From: Candidatus Eiseniibacteriota bacterium
GTDB lineage: Bacteria; Eisenbacteria; RBG-16-71-46; SZUA-252
NCBI GenBank assembly: GCA_963703225.1
Contig: OY969801.1
Coordinates: forward strand, 1,344,001-1,408,000
DNA: 64,000 nucleotides
Reading direction: 5' to 3'
A program made the translations under genes and the position numbers. The notes beneath the pieces were generated by a model. It was given only the letters and a program-made list of their open reading frames with translations. It did no database searches and had not been told where the DNA came from. Positions 61,483 through 64,000 of this stretch are shown one piece after another. Each line of letters begins with the position of its first letter. Within the stretch, counting starts at the first letter, position 1.

Positions 61483-62283
61483 GTGGCGGGCCGAGCCGTC
61501 GCGTATCACCTCCCACACACCACAGCGCCAGGCTCGGCGCAGATGAGCACCGACCGCGCGCTCCTCGAGTGGGCCGCCGACGCACCCGCCCGCGCCGTCT
61601 TCCGAACCTATTCCTGGGAGCGCCCCACGCTGAGCCTCGGTCGTGCGGAGCCCTTTCCCTTCGGTTGGGATCCGCGCGCGCTCGAGTCCGCGGGGATCGA
61701 CGTGGTCCGGCGACCCACGGGCGGGGACGCCGTGCTCCACGACGGAGAGCTTACCTTCGCCGTGGCGGCGAGCCTCCCCGGCCCGTGGGGCCTTCGGCCG
61801 CGCGCGTTCGCGGAGGTCGTGGCGGAGGCGCTGGCCCAAGCGCTTCGGGCCTTCCATCTCCCCGCGGTCCGAATCGACCCGGGAGAGCCGCTGGGGTCGC
61901 CCGCGCGCCCCGGGGAGCACCCCTGTTTCGCGCGGGCAGCGGCGGGAGAGGTCCGGATCGGGACGTACAAGGTGGCCGGCATCGCGTCCCGATTCACCCG
62001 GGGCGCGGCCCTGAGCCACGCCTCCGTGCCCCTCGATTCACGGCATCGCGACGTCGCCTTGTTCCGCGTGGACAAAGCAGCGGATCGGTCCGACCTGGAG
62101 CTCCATGCGCGGTCGGCCGCTGAGCTTTCCGGTGGAAACCTCCCGTCTGCACTCCTCGGCGCCCGGATCGTGGATTGCCTCGCGGCGTCTTTCGGAACGG
62201 CGTTTGCGAAGACCACGTTCGACGAGGTCCCGATCCCGGAGCCAGGCCGCGCCGAGTCCGTGTGGTACCTTTGCCCGCCATGA
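61483..62283 (+). CDS. Lipoate-protein ligase / octanoyltransferase family protein (LplA/LipM-like)
   Basis: QMSTDRALL, RTYSWERPTLSLG, VRRPTGGDAVLHD, CF, YKVAG; GTG 61483 follows AGGA. Confidence 0.82.
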   Translation: MAGRAVAYHLPHTTAPGSAQMSTDRALLEWAADAPARAVFRTYSWERPTLSLGRAEPFPFGWDPRALESAGIDVVRRPTGGDAVLHDGELTFAVAASLPGPWGLRPRAFAEVVAEALAQALRAFHLPAVRIDPGEPLGSPARPGEHPCFARAAAGEVRIGTYKVAGIASRFTRGAALSHASVPLDSRHRDVALFRVDKAADRSDLELHARSAAELSGGNLPSALLGARIVDCLAASFGTAFAKTTFDEVPIPEPGRAESVWYLCPP

Positions 62284-63820
62284 GCGGATGGAATGGGCGA
62301 CTCGTCGGTCTCGTGATCCTGGATGGCTGGGGCGTCAATCCGAAGAGAGAGGGGAACGCCGTGCGACTGGCCCGCACGCCGGTCATGGACCGCCTTCTCT
62401 CGAGCCACCCCAGCGCGACCCTCACGACCTGCGGGACGGCTGTCGGGCTTCCGCCCGGGCAGATGGGAAACTCCGAGGTCGGGCACCTGAACCTCGGCGC
62501 GGGCCGGATCGTCTATCAGGACCTCACCCGGATCGACAAGGCGGTCGCGGACGGCGAGCTGGCGCGAAACCCGGTCCTGCCTCGACGCCTGGAAGCGGGC
62601 GCGAGCGGGCGGAACGCTTCACCTGATCGGGCTGGTCTCGCCGGGCGGGGTACACAGCCACGAGCGACATCTCTTCGCGTTGCTTCGGCTCGCGGCGGCG
62701 GCCGGCGTGCGCCGGATCCGCGTGCACGCGTTCCTGGACGGCCGCGACACGGCGCCCCGCTGCGGCGCGAGGCGTCCATCGAGGCCGACCGAATCGGTGC
62801 TCGCGGAGCGTACCCGACGGCGCGATCGCGACCGTTTCGGGCCGCTTCTTCGCGATGGATCGCGACAAGCGCTGGGACCGGACCGAGAAGGCCTACCGCG
62901 CGATGGTTCAGGGCGAGGGACTCAGGCGCCGCTTCGGCGGTCGGAGGCGCTCGCCGCGGCGTACGGGCGCGGAGAGGGCGACGAGTTCGTGACGCCCACG
63001 GTCCTCGCGGGAGCCGACGGAGCGATCCGGACGCGGGGACACGGTCGTCGCGTTCAATTTCCGCCCCGATCGGATGCGCCAGATCTCGCAGGGCGCTGGC
63101 GGATCCCGGCTTCGAGGCGTTCCCGCGGCCCGAGCGGCCGACCGAGCTCCACTACGTCTGCATGACCGAGTACGACGAGACCTTCACCTTCCCTGTGATC
63201 TTCACGGACGAGCCGCTCCGCCGCACGATCGGCGAGGTGGTGAGCCAGGCGCGGGATCCGCCAGCTCCGGATCGCGGAGACCGAGAAGTACGCGCACGTC
63301 ACCTACTTCTTCAACGGCAGCGAGGAGACGCCGTTCTCGGGAGAGGACCGGGTCCTGATCCCGTCGCCGAAGGTGACGACCTACGACCAGAAGCCGGAGA
63401 TGAGCGCCCTCGAGGTCACGGCGGAGCTCGAGCAGCGCCTCCAGGACGACCGTTACGGTTTCTTCGTCCTCAACTACGCGAACGCCGACATGGTGGGGCA
63501 CACGGGCGTTCTTTCGGCCGCGGTGCGCGCCGTGGAGACCGTCGACACTTGCCTCGGCAGGGTGATCGACGCGGTTGTCCAAGAGGGACGGGCTGGCGCT
63601 CGTGACAGCCGACCACGGGAACGCGGAGCAGATGATCGACGAATCGACCGGCGGCCCGCACACCGCCCACTCCCTCAATCCCGTGCCCGTTCTGGTCGCC
63701 GGCGGGGAGCCTCTCCGGCTCCGCTCCGGCATTCTGGCCGACGTGGCGCCGACGCTCCTCGCGCTAATGGGCCTCCCTCAGCCGGCGGAAATGACCGGGA
63801 CGAGCCTTCTGGCCGGATGA
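62280..63820 (+). CDS. gpmI: 2,3-bisphosphoglycerate-independent phosphoglycerate mutase (multiple indels)
   Basis: [68 protein letters not shown]. Confidence 0.93.
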
Positions 63821-64000
63821 GCCTGGGGGTTTTCCCCCGCGCGATTGCGGTAGAGACCCCACCCGAACCCCTCCAAACCTCCCCCTGCCTGGCTCCGTGG
63901 AAGTGGACGCCTGTCGGGGCGCTCATGGGCCATAATCGAGATCATTAAAACCGTGTATCTTATCGTAAAATAGTAGGTTATACGTGGTCAGTTCGAGCCA

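Noticed and set aside
63925..64000. AT-rich stretch at the window end (possible promoter or IHF-like site)
   Set aside because: Truncated by the window edge, with no clear consensus and no downstream gene visible.
1..64000. CRISPR arrays, tRNA/rRNA genes, IS elements, programmed frameshifting
   Set aside because: No regularly spaced repeats, cloverleaf signatures or transposase/integrase motifs were seen. The indels are numerous and lack consistent slippery sites.

Overview
GC-rich bacterial chromosomal window, almost all on the + strand and densely coding. The LpxC-FabZ fusion, split GcvPA/PB, McsA/McsB/ClpC and LPS genes suggest a diderm of the FCB/Gemmatimonadota-adjacent candidate phyla, e.g. 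Eisenbacteria-like (inference). Many genes carry single-base indels that look like long-read assembly errors. Gene order: (1) lolC/E-lolD-mcsA-mcsB-clpC-bamA-skp-lpxD-lpxC/fabZ-lpxA-Gfo/Idh/MocA-lpxB-waaA-lpxK-nadB-hypothetical-msbA-GT9-2-hydroxyacid dehydrogenase; (2) tdh-kbl-GT9; (3) a minus-strand pair, TPR/Zn-finger membrane protein and DUF4388 protein; (4) asnS and a promoter-flanked structured intergenic RNA candidate; (5) PstS-like lipoprotein-TPR-STAS, then two ExbB/ExbD/ExbD motor sets with three TonBs and no receptor; (6) Yip1-TolC-MFP-ABC (YknWXYZ/MacAB-like) and uvrA; (7) gcvT-H-PA-PB running without a break into an uncharacterised eight-gene module, then a lipoate ligase-family gene and gpmI. 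The eight-gene module is the best candidate for an undescribed system. It contains an orphan GlmL/MutL-like actin-fold ATPase, a barrel-sandwich-hybrid/KOW protein, four membrane proteins and two small hypotheticals. No rRNA, tRNA, CRISPR array or mobile element was recognised.
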